A stretch of 64,000 nt of DNA from a virus, in the IMG/VR virus record IMGVR_UViG_3300024261_000014, positions 1 to 64,000 of that record, one strand, 5' to 3'. Below the pieces are notes generated by a model, which saw only the letters and a program-made list of their open reading frames with translations, was not told the DNA's origin and did no database searches. Of this stretch, positions 30,714 through 40,483 are shown one piece after another (the first letter of the stretch is position 1; every line of letters begins with the position of its first letter). Made by a program: the position numbers and the translations under genes.

Positions 30714-31371
30714 CTATAACCTTTACATCTAATATTAATTTATCACTCTTTTTAAGATTTGTTTCCCAATCTATAAATCTTAGATTACTTATATCACCAA
30801 TTCTTTCAGGCTCAATACCCCACTCAAATCCCAATCTCACAGGTATTATGTGGTCTAATTGATAAGCTCCACTTACACCACATTTATCACGAGGCTTATC
30901 ATAATTTTCTAATGTATGAATTGGTTGATTATTCGTAATACTTCTAACTTGTCGTTGATATTTTTTATACTCACTCAATTCACTTAAATATTCTTCGTAA
31001 CTTATATTTTTTTCTTTTAGTATGGATTGTATTCTAACTGAATCTTCTCCCGTTTTAGTAAAAACGCTATTTTTTCGCAACCAATCTTTTTGATGCTCTG
31101 AAACTCCACCATTTCCATTTCTTCTTCGACTATCCCATATTTTATCATTCCACACCAGTTTCCGCCCCTTAAGCGCCTTACCAATCTTTTCTTTATGTTC
31201 TTTTGTCAGCGTTTTTAATTTGCCACTACAACTTTTACAATTCAGTTTTTTATTCTCTGAATTATTTCTAGCATATTTACTTTTATATGTAATTGTAACA
31301 TTACACTTAGGACATTTCCTATTAAATAAATTCGGTATTTCTTTATTCCATCTCATATTAATAAGTATCAT
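30691..31371 (-). mobile_element. Free-standing HNH homing endonuclease (Zn ribbon + NUMOD3 + HNH) inserted in the GT2 gene
   Basis: CPKC/CKSC, HKEKIGKALKGRK, LDHIIPV...NLRFI..ETN. Confidence 0.8.
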
Positions 31372-31407
31372 TTGATTGTATTTTTCACTAAGTAAAAGAT
31401 AAAATAA

Positions 31408-31941
31408 CTAAATTTTCTTTTCATCAACAATTAAGTCCATTTTTTTCAAAAGTTTATATTCTTCACTTTCAGTATCCATAACCTTTTCATTATAGATTTC
31501 ATATGGTGCATTAACTCTCCATCCCCATTTCTGAATATGATGTTCTGTTATACCATCGACTGTATTCACTCTTGGTACATATATTAAATCAACTCCATCA
31601 TTCATTTCTATTATTTGTTTAAGTTGTTGTAATAATGTTTCGTGTGGATATTCATCGGCATCTATATGCATGATGTAGTCTCCACTACAATTTTCTATAA
31701 CTGAATTTTTTTGTGAAGCAAAATCACCATCAAGTTTTCTATGATACACCTTGATAGTTTTCATATCTTCGTGTCCATATTGTTGAACCCAACTCGTTAT
31801 AACTTCTTGTACTTGTTCATCCTCACCATCAACGCAAATAACTATTTCATCTTCCACATCTGTTTTGTGGATAAGGATTTCTAATAAATTATTTAACTCT
31901 TCAGATTCATTGTGGACAGTAATACCATAACTAATTTTCAA
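31408..31941 (-). CDS. N-terminal fragment of a split GT2 glycosyltransferase
   Basis: KISYGITVHNE, DFASQKN, IDADE, VPRVN; probable TTG start at 31941. Confidence 0.8.
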   Translation of the reverse strand: MKISYGITVHNESEELNNLLEILIHKTDVEDEIVICVDGEDEQVQEVITSWVQQYGHEDMKTIKVYHRKLDGDFASQKNSVIENCSGDYIMHIDADEYPHETLLQQLKQIIEMNDGVDLIYVPRVNTVDGITEHHIQKWGWRVNAPYEIYNEKVMDTESEEYKLLKKMDLIVDEKKI

Positions 31942-32437
31942 ATCCAGCCTCAATTTGTTTTGTGAACTTTCGTTCCATTTCTTTACTAAATTCAACTAAT
32001 GTATCTTTTGGTATTTTATTGTAATCCACTTCGAGATACACTCTTCGTTTTAAACATTCTCTTCTATCAAATGTTCTGTAATTTTTATAATTCTTAACTA
32101 ATGCTTTTAATCTTCTGTACATTACTCGTGTTTGAGCTTTTGAAACTCTATCAGGTAAATCTGCTGCAATTGCTTCTTCTTCAAACTCTAACCCACCAAG
32201 TTTACCAAACAACTTCTCAACTTTACTTTCTGTTAATGGTCTTGTAATTGCAGTATCTAATACTAATCCCGCAACAAATCTTTTAATTCGTTTAGTAGTT
32301 TTTTTTCTAAATCGTAAATCTGGATTTAGTAATAATATGGTTCTCTTGTATCCACGAGTCTCACCCTTTGATTTATACATAAAGGTTACTATCTGACCTG
32401 GTTCAACTTTCGTCCATGCGGTATTCCGTACCGACAT
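31931..32437 (-). CDS. Hypothetical basic protein
   Basis: ORF. Confidence 0.65.
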   Translation of the reverse strand: MSVRNTAWTKVEPGQIVTFMYKSKGETRGYKRTILLLNPDLRFRKKTTKRIKRFVAGLVLDTAITRPLTESKVEKLFGKLGGLEFEEEAIAADLPDRVSKAQTRVMYRRLKALVKNYKNYRTFDRRECLKRRVYLEVDYNKIPKDTLVEFSKEMERKFTKQIEAGFEN

Positions 32438-32439
32438 TA

Positions 32440-32901
32440 TTAATCAAGGTCCTTGATTATACCCATCTCTTTACAAGCATCTAAGAACTCGTGTTGACCA
32501 TAGGTTTTAGCATTATCTACATCTAATATACTATCATGTCCTTTATACTTATCATCCTTTAGTTCTAAATCTGTTAACTTACGAACTTCTGCTAATTTAT
32601 AATTCCAACTACTCTGAACTCCATCTGGATAAACAACTCCTAATTTCCCCATATTCAATACTGATGGAAACCACATGAGTTCTCGTTCTTCATCATAGAA
32701 TGAAATATCATTCATTAATTGTGATGAACCTATTTGTGCTTTTTTCAAATCAGGAGAATCCCAAGTGTATGTTGAATTACTTGTGAACCCACAATTAAAA
32801 CACATAAATGAAGAAAACTTTTTCTCTTCAAGTACTTGTTCATCCTCAAAACATCGTTTATCATTAAAACAATTTGGACAAGTTATTACTTTTTCAGCCA
32901 T
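32440..32901 (-). CDS. Zn-ribbon hypothetical protein
   Basis: CPNC...CFNCG. Confidence 0.65.
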   Translation of the reverse strand: MAEKVITCPNCFNDKRCFEDEQVLEEKKFSSFMCFNCGFTSNSTYTWDSPDLKKAQIGSSQLMNDISFYDEERELMWFPSVLNMGKLGVVYPDGVQSSWNYKLAEVRKLTDLELKDDKYKGHDSILDVDNAKTYGQHEFLDACKEMGIIKDLD

Positions 32902-32902
32902 T

Positions 32903-34231
32903 TTATACCTTCTTCAATTTGGGTAATTTTAACCCTTTGTTATCTTCTACTTTACTTAACTTCGGCAGTTTCAATTCTACTTGCTGGGGAACTGATGCTA
33001 TAATTGGGTCAAGGATAGCTTCAAGTTTATTCTTCATTGCTTCATAAGAAAATTGTAACTTAGTGTATGCTTGTAATTGTTTACCCTTTACCACGTACTT
33101 ACTATAATTATTGTGAATCTCAGTAAAAATACTCGATGCAACATTATAATTGACAGTAATCCACTTATTTTCTGGTGAATCAAACGCCATATCCTTTGGA
33201 AACGCATCCATAGGAACTTTTGTTAATGAACCAGGTAATAACTGAGCATAATTCTTATGTAAAAAATCTACATGACCACTCCATCCTGGAGCAACAATTG
33301 GTTTACCACTCTGTGCAGCTTCTAATAATGGTCTACCGAAACCCTCTCCGTGAGTAAATGTAACGTGGGCCTTTACTTTTGGATGATTATATAATTCATT
33401 CATCTCACTATCCGTAAAATCTCCATGTATCAAATATATATTCGGAAGTTTACTACCAACCACCCCTTCTTTAATATAAGTAATTTTATTTAAAATATCT
33501 TCCCTATCTAATATAGAAAAATCTGCACCACTGGTTTTCAATAATAATGCTGGCTGATTTCTTGTATTTTTGAAAGTTTCCAAGAATACTTTAATTAACA
33601 TACCAACATCTTTTCTATCTTTCCCGATACTTCCACCTAACCAATGACCCGTAAACAAATAACAAAAATCCTCTTTAATTGGTTTGAATGCACGTTTAGT
33701 AGTTTTACCAAATGTTTTTGTTTCTTTATAAACATTAGTATCTACACCCTCAAATAAAACACTCATTGGTTTATTCACTTTTAATTCTTGATTCTTGTTT
33801 GGGTTTTGTTTATCTTCAATATTAAATGCTGCTTGTTCAAAAACTGCTTTTGAAAACTCTGATGTAAATATAGTTTCATCCATACGATTTACACCCTCTA
33901 CCCATCGTGGTATAGGTATTGTAGATTCAATTCCAGCAGTCATACCAACATTCTTCCTACCGATTGGGTTGAACTCTCCAGGAATAACTATATGTAAATG
34001 TACATCGGGTTGTTTTTGTAAGTCGGGCCCGGTCATTAAATGTGATTTAATTTTATCGTGTTGTGAGTTATTTTCTTCCAATGCGGTCATTGGTGTATTA
34101 CCCCACCGAACTGAATTTATTTTCACATCGTATTTATCTAATTCAATCAATGCACTACAAATATCCCTTGAGTGATTTCCGTATCCACTACGAGTTTTGA
34201 CTGGTGCCGTTACTAATATCATTGGTTTCAT
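32903..34231 (-). CDS. Glycosyltransferase family 4-like
   Basis: SGYG, RKD, GEGFGRPLLEA, GWSGHVDF. Confidence 0.88.
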   Translation of the reverse strand: MKPMILVTAPVKTRSGYGNHSRDICSALIELDKYDVKINSVRWGNTPMTALEENNSQHDKIKSHLMTGPDLQKQPDVHLHIVIPGEFNPIGRKNVGMTAGIESTIPIPRWVEGVNRMDETIFTSEFSKAVFEQAAFNIEDKQNPNKNQELKVNKPMSVLFEGVDTNVYKETKTFGKTTKRAFKPIKEDFCYLFTGHWLGGSIGKDRKDVGMLIKVFLETFKNTRNQPALLLKTSGADFSILDREDILNKITYIKEGVVGSKLPNIYLIHGDFTDSEMNELYNHPKVKAHVTFTHGEGFGRPLLEAAQSGKPIVAPGWSGHVDFLHKNYAQLLPGSLTKVPMDAFPKDMAFDSPENKWITVNYNVASSIFTEIHNNYSKYVVKGKQLQAYTKLQFSYEAMKNKLEAILDPIIASVPQQVELKLPKLSKVEDNKGLKLPKLKKV

Positions 34232-34234
34232 ATT

Positions 34235-35671
34235 CTACGCCTTATATGTGTTAACTTTATGTCTTGGTGTCCATTTCTCAAATGCAGTTTCCATATGGTC
34301 TATGAAATTCTTACACATCCATCGTGCACTCATCATAGATTCATCACTACACACCCATTCGTGTCCAATAAACCCACACTCTTCTCTTGCTTCCTTACCC
34401 ATTTCATACCATTCTTTTATGGCATTTCCAGCATCCTCCCAATCACATCTATCATCAAAGATATATGGTGTTGGTACTGAACCCATTAGTGAACGAGTCT
34501 TAGGCCAGACTGGTTTACACCACTCACCCCAAGTTAATTCTGAGTTATGTTCCCACTTCTTCCAATCGTGTAATGATAGTAATTCCTTATAATCATCTGA
34601 AGTTAAGAACTTATCATTAATTTTAAATCCTACTTGGTCTTGTAATCCACCCGTAACATTAACAATAATTGGTGTTCCACTCATTAATGATTCACAAGTT
34701 CCCAATCCGAATCCTTCATTGGATGCAATATTCATTGTTACATCGGCAATATTATATAGGAAATTCATTTGTTTATTATCAAGTTTCTTATCACTAAACA
34801 CTACATTTATTTCTGGTGCAATTGCATTAATTAATGCTGGTAAATCAGTTCCATTCCCATCAACTGGTTGAGTATGCATTACATAGGTAACTTTATCTCT
34901 CTCTTCGGGTGGGATTGAATTAACAAAATGTTGAAATGCAAGAATACAATCACCCATCATTTTCCTACGAATATTTCTATTCACATATAACAATGTGAAG
35001 TTATGGGGCCTATTACCCAATAACTCATTCTTAAATTTCCTCATTTCCAATAACTCAGCATCATCTTTAATTGGATAGAATTGTGTTTCGTTAATTCCGT
35101 GTGGTAAGTATGTAGAATCCCAATCTGTTCTTGGTTTTGTTTTTGCAACTTCATTAACTAATCCAACAGTCTGTTTGGAAATATTCATAATCAAATCACA
35201 ACTCTCATAAAAGAACTCATTATAATGTGGTGCAGGTAAATCATCCCAAATATTATAATAAAATATAGGAATGTTCTGTCTTAATTCGTGTTCCATGTGG
35301 TATAACCACCCCCAAAATCTTGGGTCTGTGTAGTGTAGAATAGCATCAGGTTTCTCAAGTTCCATAATCTCTTTTAAAATATCTGGATTACCATAACCAT
35401 CAATTGGATAAACTTTTAAATATCCATCTTTCACACCAGTCTCTTCCAACACGGCATCGTGCATATCAACCACTTTACCTTTATCTGGATGTTCTATTGC
35501 TCCACCAATCTGAACCCAATCGTATTTATCGATTGTACCCAATACAAATTCTCTTGACATCGTACCAACCCCACTTGACATACGAAGGTCATCTGATAAA
35601 AGTAGTATCTTTTTCTTCTTACGAGCTTGTACTTCTTTTACTGACTTTAATTTTGGTAATTTAATATCCAT
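34235..35671 (-). CDS. Glycosyltransferase family 4-like
   Basis: PHGIN, NRNIRRK, NEGFGLGTCESLMSGTPII...GGLQDQ. Confidence 0.88.
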   Translation of the reverse strand: MDIKLPKLKSVKEVQARKKKKILLLSDDLRMSSGVGTMSREFVLGTIDKYDWVQIGGAIEHPDKGKVVDMHDAVLEETGVKDGYLKVYPIDGYGNPDILKEIMELEKPDAILHYTDPRFWGWLYHMEHELRQNIPIFYYNIWDDLPAPHYNEFFYESCDLIMNISKQTVGLVNEVAKTKPRTDWDSTYLPHGINETQFYPIKDDAELLEMRKFKNELLGNRPHNFTLLYVNRNIRRKMMGDCILAFQHFVNSIPPEERDKVTYVMHTQPVDGNGTDLPALINAIAPEINVVFSDKKLDNKQMNFLYNIADVTMNIASNEGFGLGTCESLMSGTPIIVNVTGGLQDQVGFKINDKFLTSDDYKELLSLHDWKKWEHNSELTWGEWCKPVWPKTRSLMGSVPTPYIFDDRCDWEDAGNAIKEWYEMGKEAREECGFIGHEWVCSDESMMSARWMCKNFIDHMETAFEKWTPRHKVNTYKA

Positions 35672-35692
35672 TTATAACCCTTATTATTTAAA

Positions 35693-35887
35693 TTAAAATT
35701 TACTTCCACTTTGAAATAATTTGTCATGCTCGAGAATTTCCTTCCGGAACTCATCATCATAAACGAATTTATTAAGTGTACGATTTACCAACTTCTGTAG
35801 TGAAAACTCTGATTCTATTGTCTCACTTTTAAATTTACTATACAACTCCGATATTACTTTCACCGAAGTTAATTTTATCTCTTTCAT
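35693..35887 (-). CDS. Small ribbon-helix-helix-like DNA-binding protein
   Basis: LTSVKV...LY..FK...SLQKLVNR pattern. Confidence 0.5.
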   Translation of the reverse strand: MKEIKLTSVKVISELYSKFKSETIESEFSLQKLVNRTLNKFVYDDEFRKEILEHDKLFQSGSKF

Positions 35888-35937
35888 ATTATATCCTCTA
35901 TTATATACGTATATATTGTATATATATAAATATACAA

Positions 35938-36342
35938 CTAATCAATAATAATGTACTTTTTTTCTATTTTATGTGCATATTTTAAGGCAGATGCAGTACC
36001 ATTTGATATCTCACCATTTAGACAAAACGCAACAACTTTATCACTATACTCTACCAAATCTTTATTTCGTCTATGGTAGTGTCCAACATTATATTGTTTA
36101 TTATATCTAAAACTCTCTTTAACACAATGTATATTATGTGGTTCGTGGTATGCTGGGAACTCGGAATAATTTACATCAAAATCTAAAGCAAATCGTTTTG
36201 CATATTTATCTGCTCCATCTTTTGCTCCACCACTAACTATAACCAATCTATCAGAGAACTTTTGTTTTAGTTCCCAAACAAATTGTTTTATCTTTCGTTT
36301 ATTTGTGTAACTACGCGACCCGATGATTGCTATCTTTACCAT
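35938..36342 (-). CDS. SLOG/YspA-like protein
   Basis: KIAIIGSR, VSGGAKDGAD, RRN..LV..SD, SNGT; start trimmed to MVK. Confidence 0.78.
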   Translation of the reverse strand: MVKIAIIGSRSYTNKRKIKQFVWELKQKFSDRLVIVSGGAKDGADKYAKRFALDFDVNYSEFPAYHEPHNIHCVKESFRYNKQYNVGHYHRRNKDLVEYSDKVVAFCLNGEISNGTASALKYAHKIEKKYIIID

Positions 36343-36784
36343 CGTTTCTTTTTTGTTGTTTTTTATTTGGTTTTTCATCTATAACGAACTTATAAATATT
36401 AATAAATTCTTGTAATCCTTCTAATATATCATTAGGGTTAACATATCTCCACGAAAATCTCGTGTACATATTTGTAATCCCATGGGCATTTGGTGTTAGT
36501 GATTCTCTCATCTTATAAGACATTAAGTCGTACCATATAAAATCATTTTGTGTATCAAAATAATAGGGTCTAATTATTGTCTTAAAATTTGTATGTCCTT
36601 TACTTTCCCAAGTATTAACGAAATCTTTTAATTCTTTTGGTTTTAAATCAGGTTCGTGATACCAAAAATATAATTTTGCACTACGAACTTTATTGGATAT
36701 TTCAGTTAACATATCTAAAATTTCTTCTGTATTATCACTATGGATAACATCAGGTAAGTACAATCTTATATTTGGATTACTCAT
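36311..36784 (-). CDS. Hypothetical protein
   Basis: ORF. Confidence 0.65.
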   Translation of the reverse strand: MSNPNIRLYLPDVIHSDNTEEILDMLTEISNKVRSAKLYFWYHEPDLKPKELKDFVNTWESKGHTNFKTIIRPYYFDTQNDFIWYDLMSYKMRESLTPNAHGITNMYTRFSWRYVNPNDILEGLQEFINIYKFVIDEKPNKKQQKRNDGKDSNHRVA

Positions 36785-37644
36785 ATCATTTTCCTATCAC
36801 ATATATCTGGTTTGTTTTTAAACTCACACCATTTACAATTCTTTGCTGAAGCTATCTTAGTATATTCTTTCTGAATATGTTTACCTTCTTCATCAAACCC
36901 ATCTTCAATAAATTCTGATAACCTCTTCATAACTCTATTGATACTTGGCGTTCCACTTGCAGGTGAAAATTGCTGTATTCTCTTTTGTGGATATTGTAAG
37001 TTCTCGTACAATTTTCTCTTCAATATTAAATATTCAACATCTATTTTATCGATAGAAATATCTCGTTGTTTAGCAAAAAATTGTTTATACAATAGTAACT
37101 GATTTGTTTTATTCTTATCTGCTTTTTGCCATTTGTTCCAACCCATTGTAGAAGTTTTAATATCAATAATTCGTACCCTACCCCTTTTCTTGTCGTGAAT
37201 AACCACATCCATATAACCAATAAACTTCATCTTATTTGGTAAATCAAAATCTAAATTTAATTCTATACCAAGTAGTTCGTGGTCTTTTTTAGGAAAATAT
37301 CTACTTTTTAATTTAAGAAATTCGTTAACTATTTTTAACCCATCCTCATAAAACTCTTTCATCTCTTCAAGTGTTATAACTAAAACTTTAGATTCTTTGG
37401 CATACTTTTTATAGTTCTCTTCCATCCTATATAATAAGATTTCTTTCATTGGAAGTGCATCAGCTTTTTTTATGGTCTTATCATAATAACAAACTAAATA
37501 TGCTTGAATTGTTTCGTGAACTGCAGTTCCAAAGACCGTATAGATATTACCTTCAAATGTGCCAAGTTTATCTACATAATTAAGTTTCCACATATTAGGG
37601 CATTTATCCCATTGTGAAAGTTGACTATAACTAATCCTCCCCAT
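36781..37644 (-). CDS. PD-(D/E)XK nuclease (RecB/Cas4-like)
   Basis: ISYSQ...C, GTAVHE, GYMD...IIDIKT, QLLLY, C..CEF...C. Confidence 0.85.
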   Translation of the reverse strand: MGRISYSQLSQWDKCPNMWKLNYVDKLGTFEGNIYTVFGTAVHETIQAYLVCYYDKTIKKADALPMKEILLYRMEENYKKYAKESKVLVITLEEMKEFYEDGLKIVNEFLKLKSRYFPKKDHELLGIELNLDFDLPNKMKFIGYMDVVIHDKKRGRVRIIDIKTSTMGWNKWQKADKNKTNQLLLYKQFFAKQRDISIDKIDVEYLILKRKLYENLQYPQKRIQQFSPASGTPSINRVMKRLSEFIEDGFDEEGKHIQKEYTKIASAKNCKWCEFKNKPDICDRKMI

Positions 37645-37775
37645 TAATCCATCCACCTACCATGTTTATATAAATGCCATAACCTATGTTTAAATATTTC
37701 CCACGTTAATCCAATAAATGTATTAGCTGTGTATTCACCTTCTGGCACTTTATAAAAAAATGCTTTCTTTTTCAT
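37644..37775 (-). CDS. 43 aa hypothetical protein
   Basis: Manual translation MKKKAFFYKVPEGEYTANTFIGLTWEIFKHRLWHLYKHGRWMD; start and stop coupled to neighbours. Confidence 0.6.
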   Translation of the reverse strand: MKKKAFFYKVPEGEYTANTFIGLTWEIFKHRLWHLYKHGRWMD

Positions 37776-38182
37776 TATTTTCCCCACTTACCATTCTTAA
37801 CTATTGTTGCCATTATACCATAGTTGGACATATCCAAAAAGGCATCTTCTAATGGTTCACCCTCTACGGCATTAACTCTTCCACCAATCAACAAGGTCTT
37901 TACTCTTTGGATTTTGTCATTAATTCTGAAGAACAATCCTGTAAGAGATAGTTTTATATCTTCTTCTGTTTGTAATTGTGTTCCGACACTTATGTTGCCT
38001 GGGCCGTAATCGTGTTGCTTGTGACAGAACAATATGTATTGTTCTCTTTGTAATCTTTTAAATTCTTCAGTCATCTGTGGCCATTCTTGTTCCATTAGTG
38101 TTACAATGTCGCCGTGGTTGCCTGTTAAATAAGAATTTACTTCTTTTTTTGTACTTGATTCTTTTATGTATGTTTCACTCAT
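37775..38182 (-). CDS. DUF1599 / nucleotide-modification-associated domain protein
   Basis: KQHDYG, RINDKIQR, EDAFLDMSNYGIM. Confidence 0.7.
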   Translation of the reverse strand: MSETYIKESSTKKEVNSYLTGNHGDIVTLMEQEWPQMTEEFKRLQREQYILFCHKQHDYGPGNISVGTQLQTEEDIKLSLTGLFFRINDKIQRVKTLLIGGRVNAVEGEPLEDAFLDMSNYGIMATIVKNGKWGK

Positions 38183-38205
38183 ATTTTACTCCGATTTCAT
38201 ACTTG

Positions 38206-38235
38206 AATATACGACATTTTTGCCATACAAGTCAA
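38206..38235 (-). promoter_or_regulatory. Early promoter copy 6
   Basis: TTGACT-N18-TATATT. Confidence 0.75.
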
Positions 38236-38243
38236 GTACTTTT

Positions 38244-38822
38244 TTAAATAATTTTATCGATGATACCATACTCTAAACATTGTTTGGCATCTAAGTATGT
38301 ATCGTTTCTATTCATTCTCTTCCAAAACTTTACATCCTTGTTAGTTACTTCCGCGAGTAACTGATTAATATCTTTTGCTAATACTTTTAAATGGTCAACA
38401 CCTCTCATAACATCAGTAGATTTACCAACCTCTACTGCAGAACCCTCATGTACCATCACAGTCGAGTGGTTTGTCATTGTTCGAGTTCCTGTACCACAAG
38501 CTAATAATACTGCTGCAGCACTCATACAAGTTCCAACACAATGTGTATTAACCTTAACATCCATGTTTTGAATATAATCAACCAACCCCAACATAGCATA
38601 AACATCTCCACCATAAGAAGCGATATTAAGATTTATCGCATCTAAGTGTGGATTTACCCTCTGTAGGTAATCCAATTTAACTATTGTACTATATAAACTA
38701 TCAATGTCAAATTCAAAATTCATGTATGTAGTGTTCGTATATGAATTTACACCCCACTCCATCTCTGACATTGCGAATTGTTCTTCTTTTTTATAACCTT
38801 GTTCTGCCATTACTTGCTCCAT
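38244..38822 (-). CDS. clpP: ClpP-like protease
   Basis: IASYGGDV, CMSAAAVLL (Ser), VMVHE (His), NDTYLDAKQCLEYGIID (Asp). Confidence 0.85.
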   Translation of the reverse strand: MEQVMAEQGYKKEEQFAMSEMEWGVNSYTNTTYMNFEFDIDSLYSTIVKLDYLQRVNPHLDAINLNIASYGGDVYAMLGLVDYIQNMDVKVNTHCVGTCMSAAAVLLACGTGTRTMTNHSTVMVHEGSAVEVGKSTDVMRGVDHLKVLAKDINQLLAEVTNKDVKFWKRMNRNDTYLDAKQCLEYGIIDKII

Positions 38823-39244
38823 ATGTTTTTAAGTTCTTTGTCTGATACACCATATTTCATTATGATTGATGTAACCTGTTCTTTTGTTAATATTTCCAAA
38901 TGTTGTTCAACCTCTCGTGTACTACATTCAAAGTAATCCACTAAATGTTCCATAGCCCATTTTTCAACTTTTGATTTCTTCTTTGATTTTGTATATCTAA
39001 GAAATGTTCTACCTCTTGGTATTATGTCAACATAAAACTGATACAAATTCTTTGGTTTTAATTCCCAATACTTTTGTATTTCATTTACAACCTCTAACCA
39101 TTCAGATTTCATACTAAGAAATCTATGTACCATATAGTTACTCCAAGTTTTTTTATCAGCATCTGATAAGGAGTCCCAATACATAGTATTTTGAACATTA
39201 GTAATTTGTTTTATGTGGTCGAATAACGATTTTGTTTTTGCCAT
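38810..39244 (-). CDS. Clamp loader small subunit (T4 gp62-like)
   Basis: LFDHIK, NYMVHRFLSM, QFY..IIP...FL.Y.K pattern. Confidence 0.65.
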   Translation of the reverse strand: MAKTKSLFDHIKQITNVQNTMYWDSLSDADKKTWSNYMVHRFLSMKSEWLEVVNEIQKYWELKPKNLYQFYVDIIPRGRTFLRYTKSKKKSKVEKWAMEHLVDYFECSTREVEQHLEILTKEQVTSIIMKYGVSDKELKNIWSK

Positions 39245-39294
39245 AATAACCTTTTGATATATATAAATAGAGAATATAATCTCTAAAATTTAAT

Positions 39295-39891
39295 TTATTT
39301 AAAAGTGTTTCCTGCAACCCAACAAACACTTGTGTACCTTACACCTTTAGTGACTGGTGTAACTTGGTGTCCTGCAAATGATGGAAATATAATCAATCTA
39401 CCTGGTTCTGGTTCAATTATAGTATCATCAAATAATATAAAATCTCCACCCTCATATTCATTATTTAAAAATAATACTGCAGTCATTTTAACTATACTAA
39501 AATCATCTGATGGATGAAAATCTGCGTGTGGTGTGTACCAATCTCCAACTTCATATTTATGACCAGTATATTCATTTCTATGAATCCCACCGATATCAAA
39601 TTTATAATAAAGTTGATTTGCTAGTTTAAATGCGTTCCAATATTTTGTTAATATTTCCTCATCCGTATAGAGTGCAACATTTAAGTTACAAACTGCAGGG
39701 TCTTTTTTATACTTAGGATTAGAATCTGCACCATAGTAAACATCCTTTTGTTTCTTCACACAATCTTTATCAATTCGCGTTATAAACTCATCACACTCTT
39801 CTTGAGTAATAAAGTTTTTTCTATCCACCCACCATCTAAAATTTGGATTAGGTGTAAAGTTCTGTTCTATTGGTTTATACAAAGGTATCAC
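39295..39891 (-). CDS. 2OG-Fe(II) oxygenase (prolyl hydroxylase-like)
   Basis: HAD...LN..YEGG...HQV.PV..G.R. Confidence 0.88.
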   Translation of the reverse strand: MIPLYKPIEQNFTPNPNFRWWVDRKNFITQEECDEFITRIDKDCVKKQKDVYYGADSNPKYKKDPAVCNLNVALYTDEEILTKYWNAFKLANQLYYKFDIGGIHRNEYTGHKYEVGDWYTPHADFHPSDDFSIVKMTAVLFLNNEYEGGDFILFDDTIIEPEPGRLIIFPSFAGHQVTPVTKGVRYTSVCWVAGNTFK

Positions 39892-40483
39892 CTATTATAA
39901 ATTCTTGAATACAATGTCGTATTCCCTTTGTAACTGGAGTTACTCTATGAAAAAATATTGGTGAGAATACAATTAAAGTTCCCTTTTCTTGTGGAATTGT
40001 ATAATACTCCATAGAATGTGGGTCTTGTATAGCAAATTGTGTTTTACCACCCTCATATTCACTTGGGTCTGTTAATTGTACAATACACGCTAACTTTCTT
40101 AGAGAACTTTGGCCTGCATTAAAATCTGAATGCCAAGTATAAAAATCTTCAGTCTCTCCATTATACTGAATCATTTTTATATTGTTTTCTACTTCTTGAA
40201 TATTAAAGTTCCAAGATAACTGATTCATTACTTTTGCAGATAAAAATAATTTCTGTTGTATGTCTGAATAATCACCCTTTGCATAATCTCTCATATCTTT
40301 ATGTAAATACCATTCTTTAACACTTCTAAATTCTAAATTATGGTCTGAACCCATATGTGGTTCTATACAACCTGTTTCACCCTTTTCCGTACTTTTAACC
40401 CTTTCAATAAACTCATCACATTCTTCTGGTGTAAAGAAGTTTGGTTTTGTCATATACCATTGAAAGTTTTCATTCTTTTTCAT
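39875..40483 (-). CDS. 2OG-Fe(II) oxygenase
   Basis: WHSD...RKL...YEGG...HRVTPV..G.R. Confidence 0.88.
   Translation of the reverse strand: MKKNENFQWYMTKPNFFTPEECDEFIERVKSTEKGETGCIEPHMGSDHNLEFRSVKEWYLHKDMRDYAKGDYSDIQQKLFLSAKVMNQLSWNFNIQEVENNIKMIQYNGETEDFYTWHSDFNAGQSSLRKLACIVQLTDPSEYEGGKTQFAIQDPHSMEYYTIPQEKGTLIVFSPIFFHRVTPVTKGIRHCIQEFIIGDTFV

Noticed and set aside
30691-31407. Group I intron or split intein around the HNH in the GT2 gene
   Set aside because: Only 36 nt of non-coding flank. IIN-S superficially resembles an intein C-end, but the N-fragment has no Hint block A and IINSPDFQ looks like native GT sequence
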